Part shown: piece by piece, positions 56,564 to 64,000 of the stretch
Numbering within the stretch: position 1 is the stretch's first letter
Layout: the number at the start of each line of letters is the position of its first letter
DNA from: Candidatus Moraniibacteriota bacterium
Lineage (GTDB): Bacteria; Patescibacteriota; Minisyncoccia; Moranbacterales; UBA1568
DNA length: 64,000 nt
Direction: 5' to 3'
Assembly (NCBI GenBank): GCA_023261645.1
Contig: JAHFOO010000001.1
Span: forward strand, 67,871 to 131,870
Notes under the pieces: generated by a model
The model's database searches: none
Seen by the model: the letters and a program-made list of their open reading frames with translations, nothing else
Told to the model about the DNA's origin: nothing
Translations under genes and position numbers: made by a program

Positions 56564-58270
56564 ATGAAACATTTTTCTCAAGATATTTCTCTAGTGCTCG
56601 GCGGAGCGGCCGGCCAAGGCATACAGACCGTCGAGGCTCTTCTCGTCCAGGTTCTCAAGCGTGAGGGCTACAATGTTTTTTCGAGCAAAGAATATATGTC
56701 TCGCATCCGTGGCGGGAGCAACTCGACCGAAATTCGTATTACCAATAAAAAATGTGCTTCATTCGTAGAGCGTATTGATTTTTTGTTCGCTTTGGACAAA
56801 GAGGCGATACCGCATTTGGAGAAGCGTATCGGGACAAAAACTGTCCTTCTCGGTGAGCGCGAGAAAACCTGCGGTCTCTCGGAAAAATGCCAAGTCATCG
56901 ATGTGCCGTTCACACGTTTTGCAAATGAGCTCGGCAACCCGATCTATACCAGTACCGTCGCGGTCGGAGTGGCACTCGGCATACTTCAGGCCGATGAGCG
57001 GGTTTTCGAAAAATATCTGCAGGAACATTTCGCTCGCAAAGGTGATGAAGTGGTAGCAAAAAACATCGAGGCCGGAAAGAAAGGATATGCTTTTGGCAAA
57101 CACGTCGCTTATAATGAGGGAATTGAAGTCACTATTGCCAAAAATAAGACTGTTGAGGAAGAGATTCTCTTGGATGGGAATGATGCTTTGGGATTGGGGG
57201 TTCTCGCTTCCGGTTGTAATTATATTTCTTCGTATCCGATGTCACCAGGGACAGGACTACTCACTTTTTTGGCGAAGCACAAGAAAGAATTCGGCATCGT
57301 GATCGATCAAGCAGAGGATGAAATCTCGGCCATCAACCATAGCATCGGTGCATGGTATGCCGGATCGCGTGCCATCGTGACGACGTCTGGTGGAGGATTT
57401 GACCTGATGACCGAAGGAGTGAGTCTTTCAGGAATGATAGAAACGCCCATAGTCGTACATATCGGCCAGCGTCCGGGGCCGGCGACCGGACTTCCGACAC
57501 GCACCGAACAGGCCGATCTCAATTTGGTACTTTACGCCGGACATGGTGAATTCCCACGGGCTATTTTTGTGCCAGGGACGCACGAAGAAGCTTTTCTTGT
57601 TGCACAGCAGGCTTTCCATATTGCCGATAAATATCAGATTCCGGTATTCATTCTGACGGATCAATATTTTCTGGATTCCATCCGAAGTTTTCCGGAGAAA
57701 GATTTGCAAATATTGGAACCGAAGAACCATATCACCAAAACAAAAGCGGATTATAAACGATATGCATTGACATCAGATGGAATTTCTCCGCGCGGTGTTC
57801 CAGGATATGGAGAGGGGCTCGTCGGCGTCGATAGTGATGAACACGATGAACAAGCCCACATCACAGAGAGCGCTGATATGCGGGTAGCGATGCATAAGAA
57901 ACGTTTGGGAAAGATAGGGGCTATTCGCGAAGAGGCATTTCTACCGACAGAAATCGGAGATGTGAAACATGCTGATACAGTGATTGTGTCGTGGGGATCG
58001 AATCGTGGTGTGCTCGAAGAGGCGCTCGAAATCGTGGGGAATAAAAGTATCGCCGGACTCCATTTCCATCAGGTATATCCGCTTCCGGAAAAGGCAAAAA
58101 AACTTTTGACCAAGAAAAAAGTAGTGGTGTTGGAAAATAATGCTGGAGGACAATTTGCGAATCTTCTCAAACTTGAATACGGTATCGAGATTACGGAAAA
58201 TATCCTGAAGTATGATGGGGATCCATTCTTTGTGGAGGAAGTAGTCATACGATTGAAATCATTGATGTAA
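56564..58270 (+). CDS. korA: 2-oxoacid:ferredoxin oxidoreductase, fused gamma-alpha subunit
   Basis: N-terminal gamma-like LVLGGAAGQGIQTVEALL. Alpha-subunit core. Confidence 0.8.
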   Translation: MKHFSQDISLVLGGAAGQGIQTVEALLVQVLKREGYNVFSSKEYMSRIRGGSNSTEIRITNKKCASFVERIDFLFALDKEAIPHLEKRIGTKTVLLGEREKTCGLSEKCQVIDVPFTRFANELGNPIYTSTVAVGVALGILQADERVFEKYLQEHFARKGDEVVAKNIEAGKKGYAFGKHVAYNEGIEVTIAKNKTVEEEILLDGNDALGLGVLASGCNYISSYPMSPGTGLLTFLAKHKKEFGIVIDQAEDEISAINHSIGAWYAGSRAIVTTSGGGFDLMTEGVSLSGMIETPIVVHIGQRPGPATGLPTRTEQADLNLVLYAGHGEFPRAIFVPGTHEEAFLVAQQAFHIADKYQIPVFILTDQYFLDSIRSFPEKDLQILEPKNHITKTKADYKRYALTSDGISPRGVPGYGEGLVGVDSDEHDEQAHITESADMRVAMHKKRLGKIGAIREEAFLPTEIGDVKHADTVIVSWGSNRGVLEEALEIVGNKSIAGLHFHQVYPLPEKAKKLLTKKKVVVLENNAGGQFANLLKLEYGIEITENILKYDGDPFFVEEVVIRLKSLM

Positions 58271-58280
58271 ATTCGAAATT

Positions 58281-59138
58281 ATGATCGATAAAAAATTGTA
58301 TGATATGCCGAGAGAGACGGATATAGCCTGGTGTCCAGGATGTGGTAATTTTCCTATCCTCAACATCGTGAAGATGGCACTTTCCGAACTCGATCGAGCG
58401 CCGGAGGACGTAGTTATCTGTTCGGGTATAGGACAAGCTGCCAAGACACCGCACTATTTGCGTGTCAATTATTTCAATGGTTTGCACGGACGCGCGCTTC
58501 CGCCAGCCATCGCCATCAAGGTCTCCAATCCCAAATTGACTGTTATTGCCGAGAGTGGAGATGGTGATACTTATGGCGAGGGAGGCAATCATTTTATGCA
58601 TACCATTCGTCGTAATCCGGATATCACCAATATCGTACACGATAATATGATTTATGGTTTGACGAAGGGACAGGCTTCACCAACGAGCGAGAAAGGACTC
58701 AAAAACCCGATTCAACCGGAGGGCGTGATCGTGGATCAATTCAATCCTTTGGCAGTGGCATTGTCGCTCGGTGCGACATTTGTGGCACGAGCTTTCTCGG
58801 GAGATATCCTTCAGACGAAAGAAATCATCAAGGAAGCCATCCTCCACAAAGGCTATGCCCTCGTCGATGTCTTTCAGCCGTGTGTGGTATTCAACAAGCA
58901 GAATACCTATCAGTGGTTCAGAGAGAAAGGATATTATGTCGATGAAAATCATAACAGGAGCGATAAGATGAAGGCTTTCGAACTAGCTTTCGATCTCGAC
59001 CGTCTGGCTCTCGGTGTCATCTATCAGCGCGAAGGCAAACCAACGTATGAAACATCAGTTCGCGAAGGAGATGAACCGCTGTATAAAAAAACATTTGATA
59101 AGGCAGCCTTGAAGAATCTTATCAACACATACAGATAA
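58281..59138 (+). CDS. korB: 2-oxoacid:ferredoxin oxidoreductase, beta (TPP-binding) subunit
   Basis: WCPGCGNFPIL and GDGDTYGEGGNH TPP-binding motifs. Confidence 0.85.
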   Translation: MIDKKLYDMPRETDIAWCPGCGNFPILNIVKMALSELDRAPEDVVICSGIGQAAKTPHYLRVNYFNGLHGRALPPAIAIKVSNPKLTVIAESGDGDTYGEGGNHFMHTIRRNPDITNIVHDNMIYGLTKGQASPTSEKGLKNPIQPEGVIVDQFNPLAVALSLGATFVARAFSGDILQTKEIIKEAILHKGYALVDVFQPCVVFNKQNTYQWFREKGYYVDENHNRSDKMKAFELAFDLDRLALGVIYQREGKPTYETSVREGDEPLYKKTFDKAALKNLINTYR

Positions 59139-59188
59139 CGTACACTTTGTTTGGCAATAAAAAAACTATCCGGTAAAGGGTAGTTTTT

Positions 59189-59506
59189 TTAATCGAGGCC
59201 GAGCTGGATTTTCGTTTCCTCAGTCATTTTGTCTACTGTCCAGGGCGGGTCGAAGGTAAGGTCAATCTTCACTTCATCGATTTCAGGAATTTCCATCACC
59301 TGATTTTCTATTTCGCTCTGTATTTGAGCGAAGAGTGGGCAACCGATAGTCGTTAGTGTCATCGTGATAGAACAGACGCCATCTTTGTCTATATTGATTT
59401 CATAAATCAGCCCAAGATCTAAGATGGACACACCTAGTTCGGGATCGAGCACTTTTTTGAGCTGTCCCTTGACTCGATCTTTGATGGATATTTTCTTGGA
59501 GGGCAT
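59189..59506 (-). CDS. DUF59/MIP18-family Fe-S cluster assembly protein
   Basis: VLDPELGVSILDLGLIY … CSITMTLTTIGCP signature. Confidence 0.7.
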   Translation of the reverse strand: MPSKKISIKDRVKGQLKKVLDPELGVSILDLGLIYEINIDKDGVCSITMTLTTIGCPLFAQIQSEIENQVMEIPEIDEVKIDLTFDPPWTVDKMTEETKIQLGLD

Positions 59507-59565
59507 AATTTTTTCGGTGACAATCTGATACCTACGTTTTATTTTAGGGGGTTTGACTCCAAAGA

Positions 59566-59838
59566 TTATTCCGGGAAGATAACTTTTCCTGTTTCATCTT
59601 TGATGATAATGGCGGCGACAGGGCAGGAACGTGCGGCATTGAGGATAGTCTCTTTGTCATCTTCACTGACCGTAGTCAAGATACCGGCCTTACCGTCATC
59701 ATTTAGGGCGAATGTTTTAGGAGCCATCGCCGTGCATGGTGCGGCACCGATACAGACATTGGCATCGACTTCTACTGTCCAACCATTGTTCATTTTTATC
59801 GGACCGTGTGGTTTTGCGTCGTCTTTCCATTGTGGCAT
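59566..59838 (-). CDS. ferredoxin
   Basis: Cys pattern CIGAAPC…CPVAAI, typical of small single-cluster ferredoxins. Confidence 0.6.
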   Translation of the reverse strand: MPQWKDDAKPHGPIKMNNGWTVEVDANVCIGAAPCTAMAPKTFALNDDGKAGILTTVSEDDKETILNAARSCPVAAIIIKDETGKVIFPE

Positions 59839-59940
59839 ACTGTTTCTTTTATTGATTTAATTATTTTTTTGAGTATATTATTCCCAAAAATTCATTTTTA
59901 CTCACCGCAAGACTCATCATCTCTCTGTTCTTCATAAAAA

Positions 59941-59978
59941 ATTTCCCTCACTCAACGGCACCCATAGGAAATTTTTTA
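59941..59978. repeat. uninterrupted (empty-site) paralogue of the 17380-17460 repeat
   Basis: ATTTCCCTCACTCAACGGCACC-CATAGGAAATTTTTT matches the flanks of the family-2 insertion at 17407-17442. Confidence 0.45.
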
Positions 59979-60040
59979 AGAACAGAGGACTCTTCAAACA
60001 AGTTGCGGAACCGGAAAAATAAACTTTTGGAAATAATATA

Positions 60041-60406
60041 TTACTTGGATTGTGTGAGAGCTTTCTTGACTGTCTCGAGCGAGAGGAGTCCACATTTCAG
60101 CCGATTGGGCGAAAGGGTCACGCCGAGGAGCTCGAGGATGTCTTTCGGTTCGAGCATAAGGGCTTTTTCTACGGATTGATTCTTGATGTGTTCCGTCAAA
60201 AGAGAAGCCGATGCTTGGGAGATGGCACATCCAGAACCGGAAAACTTCACATCCTCTATGATATCATTTTTGACGATTATGTCTATACAGAGCTTGTCTC
60301 CACAGGAAAGATTGCTCACTTCAGCATAGTGGGTAGCGTTTTTCAGAACGCCCTGGTTTCGAGGGTTTCGATAGTGATCCAAAATGAGGTCTTGATAGAG
60401 AGACAT
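60041..60406 (-). CDS. sufU: SufU/IscU-like Fe-S cluster scaffold
   Basis: LSCGDKLCIDI … GSGCAISQASAS motifs. Confidence 0.8.
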   Translation of the reverse strand: MSLYQDLILDHYRNPRNQGVLKNATHYAEVSNLSCGDKLCIDIIVKNDIIEDVKFSGSGCAISQASASLLTEHIKNQSVEKALMLEPKDILELLGVTLSPNRLKCGLLSLETVKKALTQSK

Positions 60407-60409
60407 ATA

Positions 60410-61693
60410 TTATTTGCTGAACATTGTTTGAATTTCTTCGAGAATGGCAATGCATTTGTCGATATCTTTTTTGGAATTGTAGATTGAAAAAGAAATCCGT
60501 GTCGTTGCGTGGAGGCCGAGACTTTTGTGGAGAGGAGAAGCACAATGTTCACCGGCTCGTACGCAAATATCGTGCTCGCCCAAGGTAGCTGCAATGTCAT
60601 GCGGGTGAATAGTGCTCAGCGTAAAAGCGATGATACCACTTTGTTTTTCCGGGTATGTTGGTCCGATAATATGGATGTTTTCACCGAATGTTTCTCGGAG
60701 ACGATTGAGAGCATAGACAGTGAGAGTATGTTCGTACTTTTGTATATTTTCCATTCCGATGCTTTTCATATAGTCGATGGCCGTACCGAGGGCGATGATG
60801 CCTCCGATGTTCGGTGTTCCGGCCTCGAAACGATACGGAGCTTCTTTGTAGACGGTTTCATCGGCACAGGCGTCAATTACCATACCTCCGCCGAAAGTGA
60901 CCGGAGAAAGAGTGTTGAGGAGAGAAGATTTCCCGTACAAAATTCCTACACCTGTCGGGCCGAACATCTTGTGTCCTGAAAAGGCTACGAAGTCAGCATT
61001 CCATTCTGAAACGTCGATCGGCATATGAGAAACAGCTTGAGCCGCATCGATGACGACGATCGTGCTTGGGTTGATATTTTTTATAAGAGTAGTTATCTCT
61101 TTGACAGGATTTATCGTGCCCAGGACATTGGAAACAGCCGAAAAGGCGACGATTTTTGTGCGTTCATCGATAGTGTTTTTCAATATTTCGATATCGATAG
61201 TCCCTTTTTCGGTGAGAGGAATGACACGGAAATGAAGACCATTCTTTTTCGCCAATTCCTTCCAGGGGAGGAAATTGGAATGATGTTCCATCGCTGTCGT
61301 GATGATGGTATCTCCAGCCTCCAGTCGTGATGCGAGTAACCGTGCGGCAAGATTGAGAGAGTCCGTCGTTCCGGATGTGAAAATGATTTCTTTTGCGCTT
61401 TCGGCACCAATGAAAGTGGAGACTTTTTCACGCACCATCTCGAATTTCTCGGTCGCTTTTTCGGCCAGAGGGTAGAGCCCGCGAGCAATATTGGCAGAAT
61501 AGTGTTCGAGATATTCTTTCTCTGCTTCGATAACGACTCTTGGTTTGAGCGTCGTGGCAGCCGAATCCAGGTAGACTAAATCAGGCCCGCCTGCAACGCT
61601 ATGCGTAGCATTTCGGGCAGGATGATAAGTGAATATTGGGAAATCCTTTTTGATTGTTTGTGGCGAAAACATAGAGTAAATTTTAATTTTCAA
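60410..61693 (-). CDS. sufS: cysteine desulfurase (SufS-type, PLP-dependent)
   Basis: LVYLDSAATT … SGHKMFGPTGVGILYG … catalytic RAGEHCA. Start may be the internal MFSPQT. Confidence 0.9.
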   Translation of the reverse strand: MKIKIYSMFSPQTIKKDFPIFTYHPARNATHSVAGGPDLVYLDSAATTLKPRVVIEAEKEYLEHYSANIARGLYPLAEKATEKFEMVREKVSTFIGAESAKEIIFTSGTTDSLNLAARLLASRLEAGDTIITTAMEHHSNFLPWKELAKKNGLHFRVIPLTEKGTIDIEILKNTIDERTKIVAFSAVSNVLGTINPVKEITTLIKNINPSTIVVIDAAQAVSHMPIDVSEWNADFVAFSGHKMFGPTGVGILYGKSSLLNTLSPVTFGGGMVIDACADETVYKEAPYRFEAGTPNIGGIIALGTAIDYMKSIGMENIQKYEHTLTVYALNRLRETFGENIHIIGPTYPEKQSGIIAFTLSTIHPHDIAATLGEHDICVRAGEHCASPLHKSLGLHATTRISFSIYNSKKDIDKCIAILEEIQTMFSK

Positions 61694-62279
61694 TTCCTAC
61701 TGTTTCTCTGATATTTTTTATTTCTGTCATACCTACTCCGAGAGCTTCTATTTTTTCGAGTGCATCATTCCAGAAGCCCGAGAGGAGAAGTTCCTCTGCT
61801 TGGGTGCAAGAGAGGCCACGTGCTTCCGCAAAGAAAAGGGTTTCTTTGTTGAGAGGGCTGGCCGTGGCTTTGTGGTTGCAAATGACATCGTTTGCCAGAA
61901 TTTCCAGGGTTGGTTTCATAGAGACCAGAGCATCGGAAGAGAGGAGAATAGCACGACTTTCTTGCGAGGCATCACTCTTGGAGCTTTGTTTATCGATAGA
62001 GATGGTTCCTTCATATGCACATATCGCTTCATCTGAGACAATGCTTTTGACAAGCGTATGAGAGGTCGTTTTTGGCGCCCGATGATTCTGTATGATCCGG
62101 AGTGAATGTTTTTCAACGCCTTTCCCGATAAAGAAAGCAAAGATATAAGCCTCTGCATTGATGCCTGCAAGTTTGAATGTGATCTCTCCTGAACGATTGA
62201 ACAAGAAAAAAACACGTTTCTCGTTTTCTTTGAGTGTGTAGAGTGTCTTCTTCTCTTGTGATATGTCTTTGAATTGCAT
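61683..62279 (-). CDS. sufD: SufD-like protein (short, 198 aa)
   Basis: C-terminal SufB/SufD beta-helix family similarity. Position between sufB and sufS. Confidence 0.55.
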   Translation of the reverse strand: MQFKDISQEKKTLYTLKENEKRVFFLFNRSGEITFKLAGINAEAYIFAFFIGKGVEKHSLRIIQNHRAPKTTSHTLVKSIVSDEAICAYEGTISIDKQSSKSDASQESRAILLSSDALVSMKPTLEILANDVICNHKATASPLNKETLFFAEARGLSCTQAEELLLSGFWNDALEKIEALGVGMTEIKNIRETVGIEN

Positions 62280-62283
62280 ATTT

Positions 62284-63690
62284 TTAGCCGATAGATCCCT
62301 CCATATTCATATTTATGAGTCTGTTCAATTCGATAGAATATTCAAGTGGTATCTCTTTGACGACCGGATCGATAAATCCGTTGACGAGTAATCCTTCAGC
62401 ATCTTCTTTCTTGATACCGCGAGAGGTGAGATAGAACAATTTTTCTTCACCTATCTTTTCTACTGTCGCTTCGTGTTCGAATGTGGCACTTTCTTCTTTT
62501 GTGGACATCATCGGATAGGTATCCGATCGTGAGATGTCATCGAGGAGAAGCGCATCACAGACAACAGAAGCTTTGGCGTTTTTGGCGCCACGTCCGATAT
62601 GAACCAGACCGCGATACGACGTCCGCCCACCGTCTTTGGAAACAGATTTGGAAACAACCCGTGATGTAGTGTCAGGCGCGAGATGGACCATTTTGGCGCC
62701 GGCATCCTGGTGTTGATCTTTGCCGGCATAGGCGATAGAGAGTACTTCTCCACGAGCACCACGTCCCGTGAGATAGACAGCGGGATATTTCATCGTGATG
62801 CCCGATCCGATGTTACAGTCTACCCACTCCATCCTGGCATTTTCTTCGGCACGAGCCCGCTTGGTCACGAGGTTGAAAATATTCTTGCTCCAATTCTGAA
62901 CAGTCGTATAGCGGACGTGAGCATTTTTCTTGACGAATATTTCTACGACAGCAGAATGTAGCGATGAAGTAGTATAGATAGGAGCAGTACAGCCTTCGAC
63001 ATAGTGCACGGAACTGCCTTCTTCGGCAATGATGAGTGTCCGTTCGAATTGACCAAAAGCTTCGGCATTGATACGGAAGTAGGCCTGAAGCGGGAGTTTG
63101 ACTTTCACTCCTTTTGGCACGTACACGAAGGATCCTCCAGACCAGACAGCGGAATTGAGTGCGGCAAATTTGTTATCGTGAGTCGGAATAAGGGTACCGA
63201 AATATTCTTTGACGATATCCGGATATTTTTTCACTGCGGTATCCATATCACAGAAAATAACACCAAGCTTGGTGAGTTCGCGTTCGATGCTTTCATAGAC
63301 CACCTCGGATTCGTATTGTGCGGAGACTCCTGAGAGGAATTTTTTCTCTGCTTCCGGCACGCCGATACGATCGTATGTGTCTTTGATTTCTTTTGGGAGA
63401 TCATCCCAGCTGGTCGCTTGAGCATCGGTCGCTTTCAGATAATAGGTGATAGCATCAAAATCGATTTTGGAGAGATTCGCGCCCCATTTCGGCATCGGCT
63501 TTTCTTTGAAAACCTCATAAGCGTGCAGGCGGATATCACGCATCCACTCGGATTCGTTTTTTATCTGAGAAATTTCAGCGACAATTTCCTTGCTTAAGCC
63601 AAGCGTGGTCTTATGAACTGAACGTTCCGGCATAGCAAAACCGTACTTGTAGTCTCCGAGATCCGTATCTTTTCTCTTTGTACTCTTCAT
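62284..63690 (-). CDS. sufB: Fe-S cluster assembly protein SufB
   Basis: Canonical SufB blocks (FGQFERTLIIAEEGSSVHYVEGCTAP…). Start ATG 63690 lies one nt after the sufC stop. Confidence 0.9.
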   Translation of the reverse strand: MKSTKRKDTDLGDYKYGFAMPERSVHKTTLGLSKEIVAEISQIKNESEWMRDIRLHAYEVFKEKPMPKWGANLSKIDFDAITYYLKATDAQATSWDDLPKEIKDTYDRIGVPEAEKKFLSGVSAQYESEVVYESIERELTKLGVIFCDMDTAVKKYPDIVKEYFGTLIPTHDNKFAALNSAVWSGGSFVYVPKGVKVKLPLQAYFRINAEAFGQFERTLIIAEEGSSVHYVEGCTAPIYTTSSLHSAVVEIFVKKNAHVRYTTVQNWSKNIFNLVTKRARAEENARMEWVDCNIGSGITMKYPAVYLTGRGARGEVLSIAYAGKDQHQDAGAKMVHLAPDTTSRVVSKSVSKDGGRTSYRGLVHIGRGAKNAKASVVCDALLLDDISRSDTYPMMSTKEESATFEHEATVEKIGEEKLFYLTSRGIKKEDAEGLLVNGFIDPVVKEIPLEYSIELNRLINMNMEGSIG

Positions 63691-63692
63691 AT

Positions 63693-64000
63693 TATTTGAT
63701 ATATTCAAAACCCTTTTCTTCGATTCTTTTGGCAAGGGCACCTGTCCCTGTTTTGACGAGACGACCGTCTTTGATGATCAGAACTTCTTGTGGTTCTATG
63801 TATTTGAGGAGACGAGTTGAATGAGTGATGAAGACAGTTGTCGTCGTTTTGGGGAGATGTTTCTTCAGGAAACGAGAAATAGTTCTGAGTGCATCGACAT
63901 CGACACCGGTATCGATTTCATCGAAAAGAGCGAATGAGGGTGTTAGGAGTACTGCCTGGAGAGCTTCGAGCTTTTTCTTTTCACCGCCTGAGAAACCATC
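63693..64000 (-). CDS. sufC: Fe-S cluster assembly ATPase SufC (C-terminal part; runs off the window end)
   Basis: Reverse translation of the window end gives …FSGGEKKKLEALQAVLLTPSFALFDEIDTGVDVDAL… (ABC signature, Walker B, D-loop), ending …EEKGFEYIK*. Confidence 0.85.

Noticed and set aside
1-64000. Alternative genetic code (for example code 25, UGA=Gly, or UAA recoding), suggested by in-frame TGA and TAA in comM and gyrA
   Set aside because: TGA, TAA and TAG each terminate multiple well-conserved genes at the expected C-termini (rsmA/TGA, pnp/TAG, ispG/TAA and others). Only one interruption of each kind was seen.

Overview
This window is densely coding, with mid-range GC, and looks like a small-genome monoderm bacterium, possibly Candidate Phyla Radiation (Patescibacteria)-like; that taxonomic placement is an inference. 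About 55 protein genes are supported.

Housekeeping and conserved genes: gyrA, ispG, rpsO, pnp, yraN, lspA, comM/yifB, rsmA/ksgA, pcrA/uvrD, xerD-like, xseA/xseB, korA/korB, a ferredoxin, and a minus-strand sufC-sufB-sufD-sufS-sufU cluster.

Accessory region, roughly 21.6-45 kb:
- a xerD-like recombinase
- a LysM-LysM-CHAP peptidoglycan hydrolase
- a Gram-positive-type (MPF-FATA-like) type IV secretion-like module: a VirB6-like polytopic membrane protein, a PrgI/VirB3-like protein, and a VirB4 ATPase that is split into two ORFs
- a CPBP protease, large surface proteins and a CAP-domain protein
- a 2529-codon LPXTG adhesin ORF, followed by a sortase

I found no rRNA, tRNA or CRISPR array.

Most interesting observations:
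1. Four ORF-integrity anomalies sit at the termini of otherwise conserved genes.
   - An in-frame TAA at a conserved Tyr of GyrA, with an ATG restart two codons later.
   - An in-frame TGA at a conserved Arg of ComM.
   - A missing stop codon, which fuses the LPXTG adhesin to the next secreted protein.
   - A split VirB4.
   - All three stop codons are still used as ordinary terminators, so a genetic-code change is unlikely.
2. A ~130-nt structured intergenic element is present in two copies, with compensatory base changes in three helices. The second copy carries a GC-rich palindromic insertion.
3. Two families of GC-rich palindromic, miniature inverted-repeat transposable element (MITE)-like repeats. 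One locus shows a filled site and another the matching empty site.
4. Iteron-like TTGTTGACTGTT / TTATCTGTT repeats flank the xerD-CHAP module.
5. Long inverted-repeat leaders lie upstream of pnp and rpsO.
6. A promoter-plus-terminator leader, riboswitch- or attenuator-like, lies upstream of the CAP-domain gene.

All coordinates, motif calls and alignments were made by eye from the sequence and the ORF track. No searches were run.
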